The notes below the pieces were generated by a model. That model was given only the letters and a program-made list of their open reading frames with translations, had not been told where the DNA came from and did not search any database. A stretch of DNA of 64,000 nucleotides from an uncultured virus (IMG/VR IMGVR_UViG_3300025669_002088). Lineage: Duplodnaviria > Heunggongvirae > Uroviricota > Caudoviricetes. The DNA lies in the IMG/VR virus record IMGVR_UViG_3300025669_002088, positions 1-64,000 of that record, one strand, 5' to 3'. Of this stretch, positions 38,981 to 48,231 are shown in pieces; the first letter of the stretch is position 1, and every line of letters starts with the position of its first letter. The translations under genes were made by a program, and so were the position numbers.

Positions 38981-39652
38981 ATGAAAAAAGGTATGCTGCA
39001 CGGGTTGGAAGTGTGGGGGGACAATGCCTGCTTCTCCCGCCCAGAGGTGACGGAGCGGACCACCTACCCCATCCCAACCCACTCAGCCTGTCGGGGGATC
39101 TTCGACGCTATCTACTGGAAAAGGTCCGCCAACTTCTACTGGCAGATCGTCGGGGTAGAGGTTGTGAACCCGATCCGGTACATGGGGATCATGCGGAACG
39201 AGATGAAAGACAAGGTCACCCGCCGCACTCTTCAGGTTGATCTTACAACCCAGAAGCACCGGACCCAAAAGCACACCAGGACTCTCCTGGACCCCCGGTA
39301 CCGCATCTTCGCACGGGCGGTCTGCCGGAATCCTGATGGGAACACCAACGCCATCGACGCCCAATTCCGTCGTCGGGCGGAGAGGGGCCAATGTTTCCAC
39401 CAGCCCTTCTTAGGTTGCAAGGAGTTTATGGCCAACTTCCAGCTTGTCCCGGTGGATGAGCATGATCCATCACAGGGACTCGCAGACCTTCAGGTGGACG
39501 TGGGGGTGATGGTCTACGACACCTTCAATCTGCTGGTGCCCGATGGAGATCCTTCGGTCAGCGTGTTCCACGCACAGATCAAGGATGGGGCCGTGGCCTA
39601 CCCGGAGTTCACTGATAGTGCCGCCGTGTTCCGGCCAGGGGGTGCAGCATGA
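38981..39652 (+). CDS. cas5: Cas5c/Cas5d
   Basis: VWGDNACFSRPE..ER.TY..PT.SA.RGIF.AIYWK; GQCFHQPFLGCKEF. Confidence 0.93.
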   Translation: MKKGMLHGLEVWGDNACFSRPEVTERTTYPIPTHSACRGIFDAIYWKRSANFYWQIVGVEVVNPIRYMGIMRNEMKDKVTRRTLQVDLTTQKHRTQKHTRTLLDPRYRIFARAVCRNPDGNTNAIDAQFRRRAERGQCFHQPFLGCKEFMANFQLVPVDEHDPSQGLADLQVDVGVMVYDTFNLLVPDGDPSVSVFHAQIKDGAVAYPEFTDSAAVFRPGGAA

Positions 39653-41481
39653 GTGGTATCGGACAGAGCCTCCTCAACTATGCCGCACACTATATGCCCC
39701 AGCAGGCTCCGGTGGGGTACGAGTACCTGACCGTCGTGGAAACCGTAGTGTGCCTGACCCCGGACGGGAAGTACCAGGACTGTCACCTCAGGGACACCAA
39801 GACGGCCTCCCCGATCCTGACACCTCGGGTGCCCTCCAATTTGCTCAGGGCCACGCCCCCCAAGACTCACTTCTTCATCGGGTATGTCCCCCAGGTGTTC
39901 CCTCTCCTCGTGGCCGAACCGCACGACAACACCAAGAACGAGGTGAAGAGGGGCCTCTTCCTGGAGCAGATCAGAACGGTCATCAAGGAGGTTCCCTGCA
40001 CTCGGAAGTACCTGACCCCCATCCAGACCTTCCTGGAGGACGACGAGCAGGTCGCCCTTGTGGTTCAGGCTCTGACGAAGATGGAGGCAGACCTCAAGCG
40101 GGCTGTGATCTTCCAGACCGAGGGGAAGAAACTCGGCATCCCGTTCCAGGACAAGAAGGAATGGCGGGAGTGGTGGGCGACCTACCTTTCAGGAGCGGAC
40201 AAAAAGAAGAAGACCAGCGATAAGACGTTCCGCTGCGTCGTCACCGGGGACGAGATCACGAACCCCTGCCGCATCCATCCTGACGGCATTGCCTTCGGCA
40301 CAACGAAGACGAAGCTGGTTGCCGCCAAGCAGACCTCCAGTCACCACTATGGCCAGGAGTCTGGCCTCGTTGCTCCGATGTCAGACCAGACGGCGAGCAC
40401 AATGACCCAGGCTCTGGTTCATGCCGCCCAAAACGCCGGGACGGCCTTTGGGGATCTTCGAATCCTTGTGTGGGCTTGTTCCAGGGGAGAAACCCTTACG
40501 GGGAAGGCTGGACTGCTGGCGGGCCAAGGGCCGGTTCTTGAAGGGGGCGAGTGGACCCAGATCCTGTCCGACGTTATGTCCGACCTCTTGAACTCGGGAT
40601 TGACGGATGGGGAACTCCGGGGTGCCACCCGGAAGGTGAAGGAATACCTGGACACGGGCACCGGACCGGGAGGTGTCCTAGACATGGACTGCACCTTGGG
40701 CATCGTTTCTAGCAACGGTCCCCGGTTGGCTGTCCGGCACTGGGAGACTGGACCCCTGTCCGTCCTGTTCAAGAACATCTATCGATGGTATCAGGATATG
40801 ACCATCAGCAACAACCGCAATGACACGGGGATCGCCCGCCTTTCTGCACTCTGGCAGATCCTTTCCGCTGTCAACGGCCCAAGGGGCAAAGCTTCCGAAC
40901 TGGAGCGTGAGATGCTCGTTCAGGTAGCCCTGCGGGGCCAGTCGGTCCCAATGAGCATTGTCAAAAAGGCCCTGGTGCAGTTCCGGTCACAGTTGCACCT
41001 GTCCATCAAACCGTCAACCAACATGGGGATCGCTCCGGCATTGCCGGGAATCCTCAAAACCTTCATCAACAGGAGAGGGAACACCATGTGTGAAGCAGGA
41101 TTGAACAAGGACCACCCGAGTGTGGCGTACCAGTGTGGGCGGTTGTTGTCCGTCCTGTCCGAACTCCAGAGCCTCGCCATCGGTGGGAGGAACCCCCCGA
41201 TGGCCCTGGCTGCTCAGTTCTCGTCCGCAACGATGCAGAACCCGGCCCGTGCGCTGGCCCGGTTACTGCTCCGTTCCGAGAAGCACGTCAACAAGCTCGT
41301 CCGACAGGGAAAGGGATGGGCGGATCACAAACGGCAGGAGATCGTCGACCGCCTGCCCACAGACCTTCCGACCCGCCTCGGCATCGAGGATCAAGCTTTG
41401 TTTGCCATGGGGTTGCTCCACCAGCGCTCGTCCTGGAAGAAGCAGGACAAGCCCGCAGGGACACCCCCGATTAAGGCATAG
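39649..41481 (+). CDS. cas8c: Cas8c/Csd1
   Basis: Position in the operon; CVVTG..RIHP, N..RLAVR.W, AYQCGRL..L..LQ..A, QALF.MG..HQR. Confidence 0.88.
   Translation: MSGIGQSLLNYAAHYMPQQAPVGYEYLTVVETVVCLTPDGKYQDCHLRDTKTASPILTPRVPSNLLRATPPKTHFFIGYVPQVFPLLVAEPHDNTKNEVKRGLFLEQIRTVIKEVPCTRKYLTPIQTFLEDDEQVALVVQALTKMEADLKRAVIFQTEGKKLGIPFQDKKEWREWWATYLSGADKKKKTSDKTFRCVVTGDEITNPCRIHPDGIAFGTTKTKLVAAKQTSSHHYGQESGLVAPMSDQTASTMTQALVHAAQNAGTAFGDLRILVWACSRGETLTGKAGLLAGQGPVLEGGEWTQILSDVMSDLLNSGLTDGELRGATRKVKEYLDTGTGPGGVLDMDCTLGIVSSNGPRLAVRHWETGPLSVLFKNIYRWYQDMTISNNRNDTGIARLSALWQILSAVNGPRGKASELEREMLVQVALRGQSVPMSIVKKALVQFRSQLHLSIKPSTNMGIAPALPGILKTFINRRGNTMCEAGLNKDHPSVAYQCGRLLSVLSELQSLAIGGRNPPMALAAQFSSATMQNPARALARLLLRSEKHVNKLVRQGKGWADHKRQEIVDRLPTDLPTRLGIEDQALFAMGLLHQRSSWKKQDKPAGTPPIKA
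41086..41481 (+). CDS. cas11: Cas11c from an internal start within cas8c
   Basis: In-frame ATG preceded by AGGAGAGGG, just before L.KDHPSVAYQCGRL. Confidence 0.7.
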   Translation: MCEAGLNKDHPSVAYQCGRLLSVLSELQSLAIGGRNPPMALAAQFSSATMQNPARALARLLLRSEKHVNKLVRQGKGWADHKRQEIVDRLPTDLPTRLGIEDQALFAMGLLHQRSSWKKQDKPAGTPPIKA

Positions 41482-41541
41482 TCTCTAATGGCCTAAGGTG
41501 GGCCTTAGAGTTGGATTAGGCATAAAGTGAGGAGAAGTATC

Positions 41542-42552
41542 ATGAAGGATCTTTTGATGTGGCTGAAGAGTGGGACGGCGGCAATCGGATACAGGTTCGA
41601 GATCTTGTTCCTGTTCGATTGTCTGATGGGGAATCCCAACGGTGACCCCGACTTCGGCAACCTGCCCCGGACCATCCCGGACACGGGACACGGGTTCGTC
41701 ACCGACGTCGCCATCAAGCGGCGTCTCCGCAACTACGTGAGTCTCCGCAAGGCAGGCAAGACCCCGTACCAGATTTTGCTGATGATGAACACCTGTACCA
41801 ACAGGCTCATCGCCAAGGCCCACGAGGACTCCCACGGGACCGTCCCGGCGAAGGCTACCAAGCAGGAGGAGCGGGCGGCGGGTGACCGGATGTGCCAGGA
41901 CTATTGGGATGTCCGCACCTTCGGCGGTGTTCTCAACACAGGTGCCAAGGCGGGCCAGATTCGTGGACCCGTCCAGGTGGTGAGTGCCCGGTCCCTCGAT
42001 CCGGTATCCATCCAGGAGATCACCATCACCCGCATGACCGACACCAAGGGCTCCCCTGATCCCAAGAAGGTCAAGACCCCCAAGGATCAGGGTTTCTCCT
42101 CCGCCCAGTGGCAGGAGTATGAGGACGGGGCCGAGGCGGCGGCTCTCCGCACGATGGGAACCAAGGCGATCATCCCCTACGGTCTCTTCGCTGCCAACAT
42201 CACGGTGAGCGCTTTCGTGGCGGAACAGACGGGCTTCTCGGCGGAGGATCTGGCCCTGATGATCGAGGGTCTGGAAAACATGTACGACCATGATCGGACC
42301 TCCAGCAAGGGTTTGATGACCTGTCGGGGCATCTACATCTTCAAGCACGTCGGGACGGCGGACGACCCCGAAGAGCGGGCACAGCAGGCCAAGCTCGGGT
42401 GCGCCCCGGCCCATAAGCTGCTGGACAACGGACGCATCGTGACTGTGGTCAAAAAGGACGGGGTAGAGGCCCCGATGTCCTTCGACGACTACACTGTCAC
42501 CGTGGACGAGTCCAAGCTCCCGGAAGGTGTCGAGTTCCGGGCCATCCAGTAA
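41542..42552 (+). CDS. cas7: Cas7c/Csd2
   Basis: GNPNGDPD..N.PR, VTDV.IKR..RNYV, DVRTFG.V, RGPVQ, TGFS..DL, DHDR. Confidence 0.95.
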   Translation: MKDLLMWLKSGTAAIGYRFEILFLFDCLMGNPNGDPDFGNLPRTIPDTGHGFVTDVAIKRRLRNYVSLRKAGKTPYQILLMMNTCTNRLIAKAHEDSHGTVPAKATKQEERAAGDRMCQDYWDVRTFGGVLNTGAKAGQIRGPVQVVSARSLDPVSIQEITITRMTDTKGSPDPKKVKTPKDQGFSSAQWQEYEDGAEAAALRTMGTKAIIPYGLFAANITVSAFVAEQTGFSAEDLALMIEGLENMYDHDRTSSKGLMTCRGIYIFKHVGTADDPEERAQQAKLGCAPAHKLLDNGRIVTVVKKDGVEAPMSFDDYTVTVDESKLPEGVEFRAIQ

Positions 42553-42748
42553 GGCCCTTTGCGAGCGGTTCCGTGGCGACGAAAACCCCGGAGTCGCTCG
42601 CAACCCAGAAAACCCCGTGATCTGGGGTCGTTATACCGCAGCCGTTCTTTGATAACCGAACCAAACGGCTTGAAAAGTGACGGTTGGGAAGGACCGCTCG
42701 CAAAGGGGGCGGGAAAGCTGCGTCCCACAACGGTTTGCGAGGGGCACT
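42553..42748 (+). promoter_or_regulatory. CRISPR leader
   Basis: Non-coding gap between cas7 and the first repeat, with recurring GCGAGCG/CGCTCGCA elements. Confidence 0.65.
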
Positions 42749-43933
42749 GTCGCATCCTCTAACAAAGGATGCGTGGATTGAAACAGAGGTTCCGCCGGAG
42801 ACCTATAACGTCAGGCTGGTCGTCGCATCCTCTAACAAAGGATGCGTGGATTGAAACGTTACTGCCCGCATGACACCCCGGATGAGATCACCAGTCGCAT
42901 CCTCTAACAAAGGATGCGTGGATTGAAACACTGTGGACCTGGCGGGGAAGAAGCCGACCTATGGTGGTGTCGCATCCTCTAACAAAGGATGCGTGGATTG
43001 AAACTTTCAAACAGCGACCCAGTCGAGTGCGACTTGGTGGGTGTCGCATCCTCTAACAAAGGATGCGTGGATTGAAACAAGTGCCTCGCCGTCAAGGATC
43101 CAGAGGGGAAGCTGAAGTCGCATCCTCTAACAAAGGATGCGTGGATTGAAACAGGCCCACAGAACGGCTCCCACGGCCTGGGGACGCCGTGTCGCATCCT
43201 CTAACAAAGGATGCGTGGATTGAAACGCTCAGAGGACTGCTCGACGGGACAAGACGGTCTTCCTCGTCGCATCCTCTAACAAAGGATGCGTGGATTGAAA
43301 CTCGAAGTTGGGCGAAATCCAGGAATGACGGTCACAAGTCGCATCCTCTAACAAAGGATGCGTGGATTGAAACAATCCGATGACACTTCCCTTTCCTGTC
43401 CGCCCTTGGAGCGTCGCATCCTCTAACAAAGGGTGCGTGGATTGAAACGAGATCCCCCTTGCGACTCCCGCCCTGAAGGCGCTGGCGAAGTCGCATCCTC
43501 TAACAAAGGGTGCGTGGATTGAAACGTAAGCGAACTCCACCCCTGGTCCGTGGGTGACCGGTCGCATCCTCTAACAAAGGGTGCGTGGATTGAAACGCAG
43601 TGAGCCAGCGCCCCACGAGCCATGCCTGCCTTACTGTCGCATCCTCTGAAAAAAGGATGCGTGGATTGAAACTAAATCCGATTTACGGGGAACTGGCTGG
43701 TCGGCTCACGTCGCATCCTCTAACAAGGGGTGCGTGGATTGAAACGCTGATTCGGACTGATCCCTGAGAAGGCGCAACCCTGCCGTCGTACCATCTAACA
43801 AGGGGATGCGTGGATTGAAACGAAACCGCAGCGAGGCAGAAGGGGTCACTCCCTCACGGGTGTGTGGATTGAAACATTAGGGTAGTAAGTGTAGACAACC
43901 TCGTCGTTCCCATGAGGGGGCGTGGATTGAAAC
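42749..43933 (+). CRISPR. type I-C CRISPR array, 17 repeats / 16 spacers
   Basis: Repeat GTCGCATCCTCTAACAAAGGATGCGTGGATTGAAAC (36 bp); spacers ~35-41 bp; distal repeats degenerate, the last two 31 bp. Confidence 0.97.
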
Positions 43934-44016
43934 ATCGGTGATCCAGTTATACTCCCGATCCAGGCACGCCCCTTCCCCTAGAACGGAGTAGACAAGGGGC
44001 CTGAAAGGAGGTTCAA

Positions 44017-44916
44017 ATGATGACGCTTTGGATGAAACTGGCGGTCTTAGCCGTCCTGGGGACAACGACCCCGGAGCAGACCACCCACCCTGCATATACC
44101 CCGTACTCTTACGACCAGACCCTCACTGCAGTGGCGGAGACCATCACAGCGGAAGAGGCTGAGTTGATCCTCACCGTTGACGTGGAGGAGGAGATCAACT
44201 ACTGGATGATCAAGGAGCACTTCGGGTTCGATGACACCGTAATAGAGGACATCCTACATGTGGCCTTGCACACGGCAGAGGAGCCGATGCTCATCGCCCA
44301 CATTGTTTCCACGGAAAGCGGTGGGGACCGTGACGTCATCAACTACTGTAAGGTGTGGGGTGAGCCCTTCTACAACGAGAGCAAAGAACGCTGGGAGAAG
44401 AAGTGCGTCAAGCTCGGCTCCTGCTACACGAACTGCCGGAAAAAGCGGCATGTTTGGAGGAACCACCTCGACGTCGGTCTGTATCAGCTTCGGGACGTGG
44501 TCGAGCGGGTCGGTGGCCCTGAGGACTCCAAGCGGTTCTGCGGGTGGTCCTGGTTGCGAGACTTTGAACGGGACACGGGTCGGGATGTGTCCTCTGAGTG
44601 CGCCCTGGAGCGTTTCTGTGCCCGTGACGCAATGATCCACGCCGTACACACCCTCCGGGAGGAACAGCTTGCAGCGGCCCACAGGGGCGTTGGTAAGGCC
44701 AACTGCCGGGGTCTCCCTGACGAATGGAAGTGGATGGGCCTGTGGAACGGTTGCAAGAGCGCCAGGAACCATGCAGACCACACTGCTCCCCTGGTTGAGA
44801 TGCGGGACTTCCACGTCCGTCTGACGATGTTGCGGTACCGTATTGATGAGATTGCCGAGAAATGGCCGCTCTTGGGCTACCTCATTGTGCCCCTGAAAGG
44901 ACAAAAGGTAGTTTGA
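44017..44916 (+). CDS. secreted lysozyme-like / lytic transglycosylase-fold protein
   Basis: Signal peptide; IVSTESGG and DVGLYQL motifs; AAGGAGG RBS. Confidence 0.6.
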   Translation: MMTLWMKLAVLAVLGTTTPEQTTHPAYTPYSYDQTLTAVAETITAEEAELILTVDVEEEINYWMIKEHFGFDDTVIEDILHVALHTAEEPMLIAHIVSTESGGDRDVINYCKVWGEPFYNESKERWEKKCVKLGSCYTNCRKKRHVWRNHLDVGLYQLRDVVERVGGPEDSKRFCGWSWLRDFERDTGRDVSSECALERFCARDAMIHAVHTLREEQLAAAHRGVGKANCRGLPDEWKWMGLWNGCKSARNHADHTAPLVEMRDFHVRLTMLRYRIDEIAEKWPLLGYLIVPLKGQKVV

Positions 44917-44966
44917 AGCAGGGCAGACGCAATATAAAGAGTCGAGTCGTATCCTTTGACAAAGGG

Positions 44967-45316
44967 TACTTGACAGTGCCCTTCATACCTGCTAAAGTCT
45001 AACTGTTCCTGCTTGAAACAGGGAGCTGTTGCGGCAGGAAAGCTCATGCTGATTGGGTAGGAGGTTCTGGTGTGCCCAGATGTTCTGGGGACGAACGCAT
45101 CAAAACTAACGATCATCCGAGAGGCATAAAACGAGTGCTAAGAGAGCGATTCCGTGTTAAACGGACCAGTTCCTTGGGATTCGGACGGAAGGAGCAACCG
45201 TCATTCGAGCCCTTACCGTTGGGCCGGAAGTTTACTACCGAGGTACTTGGGACACCAAGATTCGGCACAGCTTCAAACTTGATGCCTGTTACATTTTAGC
45301 AGGTTTTAAGGAACGG
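44967..45316 (+). mobile_element. non-autonomous mini IS607-like element, copy 2
   Basis: 350 bp, same architecture and length as 26427..26776. Confidence 0.88.
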
Positions 45317-45346
45317 TGCGACATCTAAGTCACAAAGGATGAACAA

Positions 45347-45973
45347 ATGAGGATAGATGAGGCCATTGTGCATGTCGGCGGAGGCAACCCCAAGGAGTGG
45401 GCTGTAGCTTCCGAACTACAGTTCAAAGTCCTGAGAGACCACGGACTGACACCTTCGTCTTCGGTTTTGGAGGTGGGTGCCGGATGCCTCGGCCTTGCCC
45501 GTTTGCTGGTTCCCTACCTGAATGAGGGGGGGTACACCGGAATCGAGCCGAACGAGGACGTAACGGGCGCTGTGGCCCCCCTGGACCCGGATCGGGACAC
45601 CATCCTGCTGACCTGTTCCGATTTCGACTCATCAGAGGCAGAGCGGACCTTTGATATCGTGTTTGCACACTCCGTACTGACGCACATTGGGGCACCCCAG
45701 TTACCTGAGTTCCTCCACAACATCCGGCCTCATTTGCGGGAAGGTAGCCTCATCCTGGCATCCTTACGCCTTGGGGAGAAGGACACCGCTACCGATACTT
45801 GGACGTATCCCAGGGCAGTCGAGTTCAGCCTTGAAACGCTGGAAGCGACGTCTAAGCAGGAGGGCTACACCGTTGAACTGCGGAGTGCTATCCGTGACAA
45901 GTGCGAAGCAGCGCTGCCTCGGATGTTCCACGACTGGGTCCTCTTCCGTCCGGTGGCACCCGCATCGGAGTAG
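45347..45973 (+). CDS. class I SAM-dependent methyltransferase
   Basis: VLEVGAGC, YTGIEP, FDIVFAHSVLTH. Confidence 0.85.
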   Translation: MRIDEAIVHVGGGNPKEWAVASELQFKVLRDHGLTPSSSVLEVGAGCLGLARLLVPYLNEGGYTGIEPNEDVTGAVAPLDPDRDTILLTCSDFDSSEAERTFDIVFAHSVLTHIGAPQLPEFLHNIRPHLREGSLILASLRLGEKDTATDTWTYPRAVEFSLETLEATSKQEGYTVELRSAIRDKCEAALPRMFHDWVLFRPVAPASE

Positions 45974-45992
45974 GAGAGCAAAGGGGGGATCC

Positions 45993-46805
45993 ATGTCACA
46001 GCTTCTGGGTGGACTCATCGGAAACGGTTACGTGGGGGGTGCTGTCCACGCTTTCCTACGAAGCAAAGGCTATATCGTCCGGGTACACGACACCAACCCG
46101 GACAGATCTACCTACGCCATGGGGACGGTCAAAGAGTGTCCTTTGATCTTCGTCTGTGTCCCAACCCCGACTGGGGAACAAGGTCAGGATCTGAAACACG
46201 TCTACGAAGCCTTCCGCCACCTCCAGGGGACGAGCAGCATCGTGGTGCTGAAGAGCACTGTGTTGCCGGGGACGTGTTTCAAGCTGGCCTCCCAGTTTGA
46301 TCTTCCGAACCTCGTGTTCAGCCCTGAGTTCCTGACCGCCCGGACTGCGGACCAGGACTTTGCGTCACCGACCAGCATAATCCTCGGCACTGAAGGCCCA
46401 CAGCCGCCCACTGTGGGCCTTTTCCAGGAACTGTGGCCGGACGTACCGATCCTCCAGATGACGTGGGAGGAGGCCGAACTGGTGAAGTACGCCCGTAACA
46501 CGTTCTACACTACCAAGGTGGCGTGGTGGAACGAGATGTATGCCCTGTGCCAGAAACTCGGCGTGACGTTTGACAGGGTGAAGCAGGGCGCTCTGGCGGG
46601 AGGTTGGATCAACCCTATGCACTGTGACGTGCCTGGACCGGACGGGAAGCTCGGTTTCGGGGGTGCCTGCCTACCCAAAGACTCAGAAGCCCTGGTGGAG
46701 TTCGCCTTCGCCAACGGTGTCCAACTGTCCATCCTAGAACAGGCACTGAAAAGCAACAAAAGGCACCGGCTAGGGGATATCAGTAATCCCACCCAGCAAA
46801 CCTGA
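45993..46805 (+). CDS. UDP-glucose/GDP-mannose dehydrogenase family (short form)
   Basis: IGNGYVG, FVCVPTP, LKSTVLPG, PEFL, EAELVKY..N, GFGGACLPKD. Confidence 0.9.
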   Translation: MSQLLGGLIGNGYVGGAVHAFLRSKGYIVRVHDTNPDRSTYAMGTVKECPLIFVCVPTPTGEQGQDLKHVYEAFRHLQGTSSIVVLKSTVLPGTCFKLASQFDLPNLVFSPEFLTARTADQDFASPTSIILGTEGPQPPTVGLFQELWPDVPILQMTWEEAELVKYARNTFYTTKVAWWNEMYALCQKLGVTFDRVKQGALAGGWINPMHCDVPGPDGKLGFGGACLPKDSEALVEFAFANGVQLSILEQALKSNKRHRLGDISNPTQQT

Positions 46806-47180
46806 AGGATGATCGAACGGGTCAACCTGTGACATTGCGATGGCAGCGGCGACGCCGTTGACGTATTCCTGGAGCCACCGTAGGGCCTCCTCTATGCCTC
46901 TCATATCATTGATGTCCTGAAGGGCACGGATGGGCTGGTGCCCCCGCTGGTCAACCCACCGGAAGCGCACCTCATTGCGTCCTGTGCCCACCTTGTCCTT
47001 GTGATGCATCTTGGCCGTGACCACGGTGAAGATGACCTCGAAGTTCCAGACCCAGAAGGCCACCCACACCACCCCAGCACTTTCGGTCACATGTATGTCA
47101 ACACCGGGGAAGGCTTTCTCACAGGCCGTTCGGAGGGCTGTAGGAGTGACGGGCCTGGGAGTAGGAGGGGTCTTCGCCAT
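46770..47180 (-). CDS. hypothetical protein
   Basis: 136-aa ORF convergent with the dehydrogenase. Confidence 0.55.
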   Translation of the reverse strand: MAKTPPTPRPVTPTALRTACEKAFPGVDIHVTESAGVVWVAFWVWNFEVIFTVVTAKMHHKDKVGTGRNEVRFRWVDQRGHQPIRALQDINDMRGIEEALRWLQEYVNGVAAAIAMSQVDPFDHPSGLLGGITDIP

Positions 47181-47227
47181 GCCTTACCCTACCCGACCCG
47201 GATTGCTCCGAGTCGGGTGGTCGGTCG

Positions 47228-48100
47228 TTACACGGCCTGGGACAGGTCCACCGTGATCTCGGTCGGGCTGACCGTGACCTTGTAGTACTTCCCGCAGGGG
47301 AAGGGGTTGGCCTTGTCGCCGCTGGAGAACAGTACACAGCCTTTTTCCGAGGAGATGTTGCACGCCTTGGCCCCGATGCCGGGATCCGTCAGGGTGACAA
47401 TGACATTGCTGTCGGTCTCCACCTGGACGAACACCGGCTGGCCTGCCCGGATGCTGGTCCCGCTCATGTGGCAGAGGGCCTCGAAGATCCCCCGCCCCAG
47501 GTGCATCCGGGGTTCCTGGCGGGTCTCGGTCCGCACGGAGGCGACGTAGTCGTCTGCCTTGAGCTTGGAGGCCGCTCCGGCGATGACCACGTTCTTCGTG
47601 TACGCTGCCTGGGCGTTGGCGTGGGCAAGGGTACCGGGTGCGCTGGCGGCGCTGGTCGTGGTCAGGGAAGGGGGAGGGGCGTCCGCCATCGTCTCCATCC
47701 GTCCCTGGTCCCAGCGGGGGACAAAGATCTCGAACTCGTGGGCGTCGCAGGCATCGGTGTTCGGTCCGTACACGAACACCTCGACACCCGGCTCGGTCCG
47801 GTCCGGATACAGGCCCACCGTGAAGCGGCTGCGCTGCACCGGGGAGCAGGGACCGTTGCCGTTCCCGTACTGCGGGAGGGTGTCCCCGTAGAACAGGTCA
47901 CGCAGGTAGGAACCGAGGATGGTGGTCCTGAAAGCGAAGTCCGAACGATGGACCCGCAGGACTGCGGTGACCTCACCGCTGGAGTAGCAACGACCTGCTT
48001 CCGCCCAGAGGGCAAGAAGGTCCTCCACTGCGGTCTTCCAGTCGGGGGAGTTGGCGATGGCGTCGGCGTTGCGGGTGTCTTCGATCTCGATTGCACTCAT
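47228..48100 (-). CDS. hypothetical protein with a CRISPR repeat in its 5' UTR
   Basis: GAGGAGG RBS; strong GC3 bias. Confidence 0.75.
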   Translation of the reverse strand: MSAIEIEDTRNADAIANSPDWKTAVEDLLALWAEAGRCYSSGEVTAVLRVHRSDFAFRTTILGSYLRDLFYGDTLPQYGNGNGPCSPVQRSRFTVGLYPDRTEPGVEVFVYGPNTDACDAHEFEIFVPRWDQGRMETMADAPPPSLTTTSAASAPGTLAHANAQAAYTKNVVIAGAASKLKADDYVASVRTETRQEPRMHLGRGIFEALCHMSGTSIRAGQPVFVQVETDSNVIVTLTDPGIGAKACNISSEKGCVLFSSGDKANPFPCGKYYKVTVSPTEITVDLSQAV

Positions 48101-48118
48101 TTGGTGCCTCCTCATTTG

Positions 48119-48150
48119 GTTTCAATCCATGCACCCTCAGCGAGTGCAAC
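48119..48150 (-). repeat. solitary 32-bp type I-C repeat
   Basis: GTTGCACTCGCTGAGGGTGCATGGATTGAAAC; hairpin TGCACTC/GGGTGCA. Confidence 0.85.
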
Positions 48151-48231
48151 TGCTACCTTGTCTACTCCAACGGTCCTGGAGATGATCCTTTCTTTTGGCT
48201 CCGTGTCCTCATTGCGTCCTCAAAGCGTTCA

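Noticed and set aside
42979..43623. ORFs with repeated peptides (FQSTHPLLEDAT)
   Set aside because: They are translations of the CRISPR repeats.
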